Shown: piece after piece, positions 46,740 to 57,074 of the stretch
How the letters are laid out: each line of letters starts with the position of its first letter
Numbering within the stretch: the stretch's first letter is position 1
Assembly: GCA_950097015.1 (NCBI GenBank)
Contig: CATNEN010000041.1
Coordinates: 3,410,001-3,474,000 of the forward strand
Reading direction: 5' to 3'
DNA length: 64,000 nt
Origin: Macrostomum hystrix
Taxonomy: Eukaryota > Animalia > Platyhelminthes
Program-made: the position numbers and the translations under genes
The notes under the pieces: generated by a model
Databases searched by the model: none
What the model was told of the DNA's origin: nothing
What the model saw: only the letters and a program-made list of their open reading frames with translations

Positions 46740-48715
46740 GTGGTGTGAATTTTTTTTACTGCAATGGCTCTGCTTCCAATTGAGCGGCTTACGGCACGCT
46801 TGCTAAGAGACCGCCTGATTCAACTTGGCCAGCCTAGCAGCGGTCGCAAACGCGAACTGCAAGTCAGACTGGAACTATCCAGTTTAGCCAGCAAAACCAC
46901 ACGCCGCGTGCAGCAAAGGTCAACCGCATCAACTGCCGAGGACGATGGCAGACCAGCAGCGATGAGGATGGCGAGGCGAACCCGGACCAGGCGAGCGATC
47001 TGAGGGGCGGCGACGACCTGGACCAGAGGATCGCCCGGCAAGAGAAGCTGCTCCGCCTGAGAACACTTCAGCGCCAAACAGCGGAGATCGGACTGAGAAC
47101 ATCATGGCCGGCCAGTGGGTAGCAGTCAGCGGCCGCATCCTGCTGAGACTGCTTGACGACAGTGCCCTAGTCACAATGAGAAACGCTACTGTGGACTTAA
47201 GTGAGTTGAAGGCCTATGTGCGGTACTGCGTACAGTTCGGCGAGTTCATGCATCAGGGATTCAGCCAGGCCGCCCTCAACGACTACGACGAAGACTTCAG
47301 GATCCTGCAGCACCAGATCAGCGGCAGCTGGGAGCGGGAGTCGCTGCAGCTGCTGTCAAAGTACATCCTAGCGCCCAAATCCAATCCAGCTGGCAGTTCA
47401 GCCTATCCGCGGCCTGGTTTCAAGTTCAGCAAAATGAGACAACAGGCAAGTGGTTTCATCGGCCAAACCGACCCCGAAGGTCGGGAGCTGTGCGTCAAAT
47501 TCAACCGAAACGGCTGCCACAGACGCGACTGCAAGTTCAGGAACGCGTTCTCGGTCTGCTACGCGGCGCACCCGCGCCAGCTCTGCACTTCAAAAAGCTA
47601 GATTGCGGACGGCCGGGGCACTTGATTGACGGCCCAGCTGCCCCGGCCGACTCACTCAAGGTCGATCACCCGCTCCCCCCTGACAGGACTCAACCTAAGT
47701 CCATCGGGTTCGTTGCCCTCTCTTCCGACCTCATCAGCACTGCCTGGGACGCCGGAAGCGCTTATGAGGTCCCGGACCCAATCGTGACTTCCTGCTCGAG
47801 GCCACGAAAGCACAGCTGCAATCCGCTCTCTCGCACAAGCGCACCACTAAGCGCCAGCTCAAATATCTTTGTGGCCGCATCAACTGGGTCTGCCAGGTCG
47901 TCCGCATCGGGAGGTGTTTCCTGAGGCCATTCCTGCTAGAACTCAGCAAGCTAAAGCAGCTTTAGCACAAACTGCGAATGGACGACGGCCTCCGCGAGTT
48001 CATCCTCTTGTGGGTGGCCTGCCTGGAAAAGAAGCCCAGCTGCCGCATCTGGAGGGCCGCCGGTCAGCCTCGGCAATTGAGTCGGACGCGTCCAATTGGC
48101 GAGGCTGCGGTATCATCCGCGGCCCAGGCGTCACTAACTGGCTCATCATCGACTGGCAACGCGATAGTCAAGAGCTCGAATCCCTGCGCATTAATTTTAA
48201 GGAGAGCCTCGCGCCCGTGTTTATGGCTCTGCACTTTCAACAACAGCTGCAACCAGGTAGCAACCTGGTGATCTACTCGGACAGCTCTGTCGCTGTCGGC
48301 GCCATCAACAAGGGCTCCTCGCCGAACCCGATTGTCAACACAGCTCTACAGCAACTCGCGCTTCTCGCCGGTCACTGCGATCTCGTTATTCAAGCCTTCC
48401 ACGTCCCGGGAACTTTCCGGATCTTTGCGGACAGCGGCAGTCGCGCAGATGACATCAGCGAACTCCCGGGTCCCAGGTTCGCACCTTAGCCGCCGCTACC
48501 ACGAGCTCTGCAGCCTGGCCTTCGCAGGCACGACAGCGCGCTCCTACGAGTACCGCTGCCAGATTGCCTCCTGGCAACACTTCTGCAAGCGAACGCGCAT
48601 CGACAGTACCAGACCGTCACCACTGCAGGTCGCGCACTACATCATCGTGCTGGCCGACCGCCTTACATCGCATTCCAGCATCGGCGCCTACCTTAACGCT
48701 GCCGGCCTGTATTGC
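46740..48715 (+). mobile_element. Internally deleted Ngaro (DIRS-order) copy
   Basis: ORF1 MALLPIERLTARLL..., zinc finger, RNase H and YR N-terminal pieces homologous to 49130-52190 on the other strand. RT core and other segments deleted. Confidence 0.88.
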
Positions 48716-48749
48716 ATGTATTGTAAACGTGGCAGGAGTACAAAAACGA

Positions 48750-49400
48750 ACCAGCGTGGCAGAACCATGCGGTGCACTCACTCACGGAACTGGTTGGTCT
48801 TGGACTTGCGGACATGCAGGATTGCCAGGCTCATCGATGAGCCCAGCCGTAGGTCTTCATCGATGATGGCCTCTCCCGGTGGCGGTATTGGGGTCGGGTA
48901 GCACAGGTTTGCGCGACGCAGCAGGCCCCAGAACCGCGGCCCAGAGAAGGTTGCGTCCTCCGGCATATGCAGTTGCAGTACTCCCCTCAGCTTGAGCACG
49001 TGGTTTGGCTTGATTGGAGCCTTGCGCGCGGGTGGCCAGGCCAGTTTGTGTCGCGCGCCGCGGAGGAGCAGGTCGATGCGAGGGTCGCTTGGGAGGCCGC
49101 GGCCAGTCTGCAGCTTGCAGTACAGGTCGGCGGCGTTAAGGTATGCGCCAATGCTGGCATGCGATGTGAGGCGGTCGGCCAGCACGATGACGTAGTGCGC
49201 GACCTGCTGTGCTGACGGTCTGGTGCTGTCAATGCGCGTTCGCTTACAGAAGCGTTGCCAGGAGGCAATCTGGCAGCGGTAGGAGCGCGCTGTCGTGCCT
49301 GCGAAGGCCAGGCTGCAGAGCTCGTGGTAGCGGCGGCTGAGGTGCGAACCCGGGACCGTAGGCGAGCGATCTGCAAAGAAAGGAATTGGCGGGCGGCGGA
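48750..49400 (-). pseudogene. Ngaro tyrosine recombinase, N-terminal half only
   Basis: ...FWGLLRRANL...VRKSKTNQFRE*VHRMVLPR; the HxxR and catalytic Tyr region is absent. Confidence 0.78.
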
Positions 49401-49544
49401 CGAAAGGGTGTGCTCATGAAGGTTGTCAGTTTCAATGTCCACTGTGCCGTAGAGCCGGAGCAGAAAATTTGCCAGCTCGCTGGTGTCATCTGCGCGACTG
49501 CCGCTGTCCGCAAAGATCTGGAACGTCCCAGGCACTTGGAAGGC

Positions 49545-51206
49545 TTAGATAACGAGATCGCGGTGAGCGGCGAGAAGCGCGAGCTGCTGCAGGGCTGTGT
49601 TGACAATCGGGTTCGGCGAGGAGCCCTTGTTGATGGCGCCGACAGCGGCCGTGCTGTCCGAGTAGATCACCAGGTTGCTTCCTGGTTGCAGCTTTTGTTG
49701 AAAGTGCAGAGCCGTGAACACGGGCGCGAGGCTCTCCTTAAAATTGATGTGCAGAGTTTCGAGCTCCGGACTATCGCGTTGCCAGTCGATGATGAGCCAG
49801 TTAGTGACGCCTGGGCCGCGGATGATGCCGCAGCCTCCCCAATTGGATGCGTCCGACTCGATTGCCCAGGCTGGCCCGGCGGTCCTCCAGATGCGGCAGC
49901 TGGGGGTCTTGGCCAGGCAGGCCACCCACCAGAGGATGGTCTCGCGGAGATCGTTGTGCATGCGCAGTTTGTGGCAGTGCTGCTTTAACTTATTGAGTTC
50001 CAGCAGGAGCGGCCTCAGGAAACACCTCCCGATACGGACGACCTGGCAAACCCAGTTGATGCGGCCACAGAGAGATTGGAGCTGGCGCTTGGTGATGCGC
50101 TTGTGCGAGAGTGCGGATTGCAGCTGCGCTTTCGTGACCTCGAGCTTGTCCTTTGGAAGCTCTAGCAGGCCGCTGTTGGTGTCAATCATGACGCCCAGGT
50201 ACACCAGCCTAGTGCACGGCAGAGCTACTTTGCTCCAGTTGATGGAGAAGCCTAGACGCCGCAGCAGATGAAGTAGAGTGTCCAGAGCTTGCTGGCAGGC
50301 GATCTCAGTTTCTGCCGCCACGGCAAAGTCATCGAGGTAACTCCCGATATTGCTGAAGCCGCGTCGCTGCATCATGCGCTTGATGGACTGGCTGAGGCGG
50401 TGGAAGACTTCCACTGAAGCTGCCGCGCCGAATGGCAGGCGCGTGTCGCACAGGTACGTCGGGCTCGGTTGATCGCTGAACTTCCACTGTAGACCAGTGT
50501 AGCGGAAGTCGTGGGGACTGATTCCGACACTGCGGTAAGCATTGGCCAAGTCGACCTTCGCCATGAACCAACCTGGTTGCAGCTTGGCAGTGAACTGGCT
50601 GACGGTCTCAAACTTGATCTGGTAGTCAGAGGAGAAACGGCTGTTCAGCGAGAGGTCCGGAGGTTGCGAGCAGTCGTGGATCAGCCGGATCTTGTTGTTT
50701 CCTTTCGGGATGGCACCAAGGGCGCTGATGACGTCCGGCTTGTTGCTAACTTTCACGTAACGGCCGTTGGCCACTTCTTCCCGCACCTGCTGCTCGACCA
50801 GTAGCCGATTACTGTCAGCGGAGAAGTAGTTCTGAGAGAAAGTGCTATTAGGCTGATTGTCAGGGGCGCTGGGGCAGGTGAGGCGGAAGCCGTTGCGGAC
50901 ACCGTTCAGCAGGAAGTCACGATCGGGATCGCCGAGCAGCTCGGCATCCCAGGCGGCGGTGATAAGGTCAGAAGAGAAGGCAACGGACTCGATGGGCTTA
51001 GCTTGAGGCCGGCCAGGGGGGAGCGGGTGATCGACATTGTCAGAATCGGCCGGTGCAGCTGGGCCGTCGATCAAGTCCCCCGGCCGGCCGCAATCTAGTT
51101 TTTTGACGTGCAGAGCTGGCGCGGGTGCGCCGCGTAGCAGGCAGAGCACGCGTGTCTGAACTTGCAGTCGCGTCTGTGGCAGCTGTTTCGGTTGAATTTG
51201 ACGCAC
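49545..51206 (-). CDS. Ngaro reverse transcriptase-RNase H (premature TAA at 49545)
   Basis: DLANAYR, RLPFG, YLDDF, SDAS, HINFKE, YSDS. The left copy has CAA where this copy has TAA. Confidence 0.88.
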   Translation of the reverse strand: MRQIQPKQLPQTRLQVQTRVLCLLRGAPAPALHVKKLDCGRPGDLIDGPAAPADSDNVDHPLPPGRPQAKPIESVAFSSDLITAAWDAELLGDPDRDFLLNGVRNGFRLTCPSAPDNQPNSTFSQNYFSADSNRLLVEQQVREEVANGRYVKVSNKPDVISALGAIPKGNNKIRLIHDCSQPPDLSLNSRFSSDYQIKFETVSQFTAKLQPGWFMAKVDLANAYRSVGISPHDFRYTGLQWKFSDQPSPTYLCDTRLPFGAAASVEVFHRLSQSIKRMMQRRGFSNIGSYLDDFAVAAETEIACQQALDTLLHLLRRLGFSINWSKVALPCTRLVYLGVMIDTNSGLLELPKDKLEVTKAQLQSALSHKRITKRQLQSLCGRINWVCQVVRIGRCFLRPLLLELNKLKQHCHKLRMHNDLRETILWWVACLAKTPSCRIWRTAGPAWAIESDASNWGGCGIIRGPGVTNWLIIDWQRDSPELETLHINFKESLAPVFTALHFQQKLQPGSNLVIYSDSTAAVGAINKGSSPNPIVNTALQQLALLAAHRDLVI

Positions 51207-52171
51207 AGCTCCCGACCTTCAGCGTCGGTTGGGCCGACCAAGCCGCTTGTCTGGTTTCTCATTTTGCTGAACTTGAAGCCAGGCCGCGAATAGGTCGAAC
51301 TGCTAGCAGGATTGGGTTTAGGTGCCAGAATGTGCTTGGACAGCAGCTGCAACGACTCCCGCTCCCAGCTGCCGCTGGTCTGGTGCTGCAGGATCCTGAA
51401 GTCTTCGTCGTAGTCGTTGAGGGCGGCCTGGCTGAAGCCCTGATGCATGAACTCGCCGAACTGTACGCAGTACCGCACATAGGCTTTCAGCTCACTCAAA
51501 TCCATGGTGCCGTTTCTCATTGTGACTAGGGCACCGTCGTCAAGCAGTCTCAGCAGGATGCGGCCGCTGCCTGCAACCCACTGACCGGCCGTGATGTTCT
51601 CAGTTCGGGCTCTAGTCTTCGCTAATTGGGGCGCAGGCTCCTCGAAGTCACGATCGATGAAGTCTCTCACCAGCAGAGGCCTCGAGGTGGCAGCTGGCTT
51701 AGTGTAGCTGCCGGGGAGTTCCCAGTCTGGCACTGGCAGATGCTGCTCCGGCTCGTGGGCACTGAGGGTTTGGTTAAGCAGCATCGGGCTAGTCGACTTA
51801 CCACTCTGTCTGCGCTGGCCGTCCTTTCCAAGCTCGGCTTCAATCTCCGCTGTTTGGCGCTGAAGCGTTCTCAGGCGGAGCAGCTTCTCTTGTCTGGCGA
51901 TCCTCTGGTCCAGGTCGTCGCCGCCTCCCAGATCACTCGCCTGGTCCGGGTTCGCCTCGCCGTCCTCTTCGCTGCAGGTGCTGCCGTCGTCCTCGACTTG
52001 GGCCGAAGCGGTTGACCTTTGCTGCGCGCGGCGTGTGGTTCGGCTGACTAAACTGGATTGTTCCAGTCTGACTTGCAGTTCACGCTTGCGACCGCTGCTA
52101 GGCAGGCCAAGTTGAATCAGGCGGTCTCTTAACTGGCGAGCCGTAAGCCGGTCAATTGGAAGCTCAGCCAT
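51095..52171 (-). CDS. Ngaro ORF1 (gag-like; N-terminal SAP-like motif, C-terminal Cys/His finger)
   Basis: ATG at 52171: MAELPIDRLTARQLRDRLIQLGLPSSGRKRELQVRL...CVKFNRNSCHRRDCKFRHACSACYAAHPRQLC. Confidence 0.8.
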   Translation of the reverse strand: MAELPIDRLTARQLRDRLIQLGLPSSGRKRELQVRLEQSSLVSRTTRRAQQRSTASAQVEDDGSTCSEEDGEANPDQASDLGGGDDLDQRIARQEKLLRLRTLQRQTAEIEAELGKDGQRRQSGKSTSPMLLNQTLSAHEPEQHLPVPDWELPGSYTKPAATSRPLLVRDFIDRDFEEPAPQLAKTRARTENITAGQWVAGSGRILLRLLDDGALVTMRNGTMDLSELKAYVRYCVQFGEFMHQGFSQAALNDYDEDFRILQHQTSGSWERESLQLLSKHILAPKPNPASSSTYSRPGFKFSKMRNQTSGLVGPTDAEGRELCVKFNRNSCHRRDCKFRHACSACYAAHPRQLCTSKN

Positions 52172-53049
52172 TGCAGTAGAAAAAATTTCACACCACGCAG
52201 CGCGAAGAGACAAGGCTGGGCAGCACGGGGGTGCCGGCTGAAAAACAACACAGCTAAAAGCGGAGGGGTGGGTGCCTGGGGTGGGTGCCTGGGGTGGGTG
52301 TTTACACCCAATCAGCGAGCGCCGATTGGACACAGCAACACCATTTCGAAACCTCGAAAAGAAAATTTCAGAGATAACTAGTTTTGTGACTTGAATATTC
52401 AACCGGACTTGAATGTACTCTATTAACTTATCGTTGCGCAATGCACGTCCATTTTCCTATGCGTGCGTGGGCCGGGTGTGTCACCTGCGCGTGCGACACA
52501 ATGTGCTCTGTTCTTACTCCTTGCTCTCCACGTGCCATTGTCACCCCCAGCCATATTTTGTTAGTATAAATATATCGAATTTCCTTTGTACGTAGTTCGT
52601 GGCCTTTACGCTATCTAAAGAATTCCTGGTCTACTAAAACTCGTTTTCATTTCTAACCACAGAAGACAAATTGAAACTACTTAATAACAAAGATGACAGG
52701 GAGCAGGGACACCTCTGAAGTTCTATCGAAGTACACTACTCTATATGCTCATTATAATTATTGAGTTATCTAAAATCAGAGAACAGCTGCATTGAGGTCT
52801 AGATAAGCCTTGCAAAATTCAAAGCATGTTGTCCAAATACTTTACAATAGAGTGTTTTTTCTAATTATTTTTCTAATTCTAATTCTAATTCTGTTTTTTC
52901 TAATAAAGAGTGTTCGAACGGCAGGCGGGTGTCATACAGATAGGTGGTGGTGGCGCAGCCCCGGAACTTGAACTTAAGACTGGTTTTGACGAAGTCGGCT
53001 AGGGCTCTCCACGTGCGCGGTATGCTTTACTCAGGTCAATTTTAGTCAT

Positions 53050-53900
53050 GTAGCAGCCTCTCGTAAATTTTTTTCATGCGAATTTTCAGCGCTTGAAAAC
53101 CGCAGCTTCTTGTTGCTCTCCCAGTGTGAGTTTACCGACTGGTTGCAGTCTGGCCGACTGCAATCTTGAAGCAGGCGGAACTGACCATAATCCTTCGGCA
53201 GGCCTCCCAGTGCGCTCACAATCTGAGGCCACCACCCATCCGAGCACCGACGGTAGTGGTCAAGGTTAATTTCTTTCAGAATTTGCACTTCAACGGCTTC
53301 AGTGTGAATCACAGATTCATAGTTGCCGACCTCAACAGACCTCAGGGTTAATTGTTGCACATTCGTAATAAGAATCCCTCAGACACACCACTGAGAATAA
53401 ATTTCTTCCTGTCAAGAGGCAGATCAATCAACTCCAGCTCTTCCATCCATGCCTTCAGCTTCAGGTCAGTAGGATACAACAGGAACTTAAAACAGGATCA
53501 ATGCCCAGTCAGTGAAGGGGTCTGCTGACCTCAGCACCGTCATCCCTCGTGTACCGTCGCCTCTGAGTGGCCAAGTCCAAACCGCCGGCACCAGTGAGCA
53601 AAACTGCAGTTCCACCTTGAATTACTGTTTCGGCACCTGGTCAAATTCTTGCTACGGTACACTCTGTGGAGGCAACTCAGCCAAGCTCGGATCCGCGCTA
53701 CTCCCATGATGTCTCGCCCTCATCGCTCAGTCTGCACTCATCATCAAACCTCGAGCCTTGTCGAACCCGAGGAGGCCAAAAAGCTCGCCGATGCGTGCAG
53801 CGTAGCGTAGATAATCTCGCAACTCGGACTGCACTGCTGGCCTTCACCAACCTGCCATCATCCAGCAATGATTCGAGCATTCGCTGAGACCCAGTCTCCA
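53050..53900 (-). mobile_element. Older, divergent Ngaro remnant (ORF1 and RT N-terminus)
   Basis: ELRDYLRYAARIGELF parallels ELKAYVRYCVQFGEFM; FILSGVSEGF parallels FLLNGVRNGF; VSALGGLPK...RLLQDCSRP parallels ISALGAIPK...RLIHDCSQP. Confidence 0.65.
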
Positions 53901-56124
53901 AACGTCAGCGAGTCGACAACAGCTTACTCCTGCGTAGCTCGTGCTGCTGCTTCCGCTTGTTAATAAACTCGAGGATTCGGTACACGCTGCCTACTTGAAT
54001 GGGCATGTGCAAACCACCTATGCAAGCAACTATGCAAACAAAGCATCAGCACCCGCTGATGGCGTGCGCTCATTTTAATAAAATAGGAATAATGATAATG
54101 AGCGCAAAATAATATAGCAATTGCCGGTCAAATTGGTCCTAGGAGCAGTCAATTTAATCCACTGTAGCGAAATCCAGTTGGCTTCTCTGTCGCTTGAGAT
54201 ATTCTATGGCCAAATCTGCTGTTTGGTTTCACTCAATTAAATTATAAGGGCACCTATTTCGCGTATATTTTTGAAAAGCGCTTTATTTTGTAAGTCGCAA
54301 GCATGAGTGACTCTGATAGTAGAGCCAGCTTTATAGCTGCTGATGGAGAAGAAGCCAATCAAGGGCGCGGGACGTCTGCGAAGATCGAAAATGAAAAGTA
54401 TTGTCGAGTTCAGCTTCTATTTGCTTACATCGAATAGAATAAGCAAAAGTACGATCACTCGAAAGCTCGATAAGCAATTTTCACGATAATTATAACAACG
54501 ATAAGAATAAGAAAATTGACGACAACAGTAAACTAAGATAAGTTATAGCAGACACATGTTTAATGAGCTTGAATTTACTGAAAAAGTACTGCAAAAATAT
54601 TTAGGACTCAGCTCGTACGTAGATTTACTGCTTACGAAGATGTAGTCCTGCAGACTCTGGCATACAGGCAAACAACAGCGACGGAAAAATGATAAAAATC
54701 TAAAACAGGGAGCTAAAAAGAGACAAAGGAAGGCATAATTATCTGTGAAATTCATCATTCCTCCTTCTGCAAGACTTCAATCCTCTTTAGCCATAGCATA
54801 ATAACCTTGCAGCCCCGGGGCTTCCTTACTGCGATTTTAGCTTCACGGGCAATTTTTCGGCTTCGTGCTGGGAGGCAACGAAGCCAGTTTGGGGACTGCA
54901 TCGCCCCTTATTTCGCCCAGTTGCACTCTTCGGATCACCGAGTTTTGGGGCTTGATACTTCGGACTGCCAGTTTAAAAAGCGAGAATGTATCAGAGAAAA
55001 GCAGCAAATTGCCATTTAAGTTTGCCAAGCGAGCAGTTAGTTTCCTGCCTTCACGTCAGTATTTTAAATGCTCGTTCGATTACTCTGTCCTTGTCTGAGC
55101 CCCAATTGTCTTGTCCGTCTCTGATTCCTACTATGAGCGTATTTTTTATCGGCAAAGCCGATTACTTTTTCCACATCGTGCAGACTTTCGAAGCGTCTCT
55201 TCCAGCGCTCTTGGTCTGTCTCCCAGTCCCTTTCGGCCTCTGTTTTATCAATGTATGCAACCTCCCACCATTCATCGCGTTCTGGATTTTATAGCACCCT
55301 CTCCTCAAACAGAGTCGCCACTGGGAGAGCGCCACAGCTGAGGATGGGATAGAAGCAGGGGGCTGGCGATGTGGATAGTTTATTGACCCCAGAGTGTGCG
55401 GTCCCCCAGACACTCCCCTCAGCCTCCGCCTGCGTTCTCTTCCGCTGCTCATGCCTAGACAATGCTCCGGAGGGAGTAGTGAAAGGCGGCGGGCCTACGC
55501 AGCCGCAGCACACGTCTTTCGCTCATCTCCTCCCGTTTGCCCCGCTCCACTCTGCGCCCACTCCTGCCTCCCCACCGCAGTGTTTCTGGGAGGAGCGGAA
55601 AGTTCTTGGAAAGGAAAGACGGGAGGGAGAAATATGAGAGCACGGGTAGAGAAGGGCGTTTTTGTTAGAATGGGGGAACGAAAAACCCTGGGACATCCAC
55701 CCCGTGTCCCCCCATTGCCTCAGTGTGCGCGTGTGAGTGCGCGTGTGGCCAGTGGCTGCCTGTTTATTCGTGAGACGGGCAGAGCTGAGCTGCCGGCCCC
55801 CGCACCAACCAGTGCACGGATCCTCCCACCATCCCACCCCCTTGTCCACCCACCGCCTCATTCACCGGCAGCCGCCGTTGCGTAGAGAAATTGGGAACTT
55901 GCAGCGCAGCTATCCGGCCGGATCCACCGCTCAATCCCAACGCCTTTGTAACCTGCAGTGTCGCTCCTGCCTGCCAGGGAACGTCAGTGGCTCCGCACGT
56001 CTCTCTACTCTTCCTTTGGCAACGGGCCGGCAACTGCGGGGGGCACCCGAGAGCCGGCGGGACTCATGCCACCAGCCGCCGCCGAATCTGGGGGGCGCCG
56101 CTTGCCGCACAGTCCACTGAGCAG

Positions 56125-56532
56125 TATTGTCTGAGCTAAAGAAGAGTCCTGAATTTGCACTCAGGGAGCTGGAGAAACATCAGCAACAGCAGCAGCGAGT
56201 CCATTTTGCTCCCCACCCGGCAGGTCGGGTATCGCGGACACTCGGCCGCAACGCCAATCATCAGTGCGGGCCGACCGGCAGCAGCAACAGTAGGCAAGAG
56301 TACAGCTCAGACTCTGAGCTGCATCACGGTTACGGCAGGCTCCCGGTGGGGGCGGCCGGCGGCTTCGCCTCAGCCGAAGAGGTCGCTGCAGCCACCGATC
56401 GGCTGGGTGCCATGGGATTCGGGCAGCTACCGCCGCCTCAGCAGCTTCACCAGCAAAACCACTTTTTCCACGGGAGAGTTCAGGCGCCCGACTACTTCGG
56501 ATACTCAGCAACTGGGCCATATTCTGCTTATG
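56125..56532 (+). CDS. syd-1: Probable exon of a syd-1/RhoGAP100F-like gene
   Basis: Open frame with EYSSDSE (recalls DYSSDTE of RhoGAP100F); donor gtgagt at 56533, phase 1, compatible with the 63071 exon. Acceptor uncertain. Confidence 0.5.
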
Positions 56533-56709
56533 GTGAGTTTTCTTTTATTATTTCGTTTCTGTTATTTTCTCGTGTTGCCACCTGAATCTCGTTCAATTAA
56601 TACTATCTGCTCAATCCTTTCCTTTCCTTTCGTTTTCCTTTTGGTACTCTCTTATTCACACTTCTAATATCGTCTGCTCACCCAGCTCTTACTTCCTATG
56701 CCTCATGTG

Positions 56710-57074
56710 GGGGGTCGGTGGCAGAGCGGTTAACGCGTTTGCCACTCGCACCACAGTCCCTAAGTTCGATTCCACGGCGAGCCACATTTATTTGGGGCGC
56801 AGCCGCGGAGAGAAGGCTTGGGGGCTTGTCGTGCAATTTACGCCCTTGAGGGCCAACCTCCAAGGCACAGTTCGAGTGTACACTGCCTGACGATGAGAAA
56901 GTCAGGGCAGATGTACACACCTGTGTGAGCGTGTGCCTGCGTACGGTATCTGTGTGCTTGTGTGCTCAGGAGTCAGCGAAATGGGCAGAATTGCCTCCTC
57001 GCTGGCTGCGGGTCTAGTGTCACCAAACTATGTGTCATTGCCCGCAGCCCTCCTGCAATTATTATAATTATTAT
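56710..57074 (+). mobile_element. tRNA-derived SINE, copy 2
   Basis: A and B boxes, (ATT)n tail, 13-bp TSD tatgcctcatgtg at 56697-56709 and 57075-57087. Confidence 0.9.

Larger units (their letters stand above)
48716..52333 (-). mobile_element. Ngaro-type tyrosine-recombinase retrotransposon, YR truncated
   Basis: Overlapping ORF1, RT-RH and YR. IRLIHDCSQP and the CxxFN...C...HP finger are Ngaro-like rather than DIRS1-like (from family knowledge). Confidence 0.88.

Noticed and set aside
56118-56120. Selenocysteine or readthrough TGA
   Set aside because: No SECIS evident, low-complexity context, and an adjacent splice acceptor is the simpler explanation.
56886-56906. Hammerhead ribozyme core (ctgacga...gaaa) in the SINE
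   Set aside because: No stem II, the segment sits in a simple hairpin, and copy 1 reads ctggcga.
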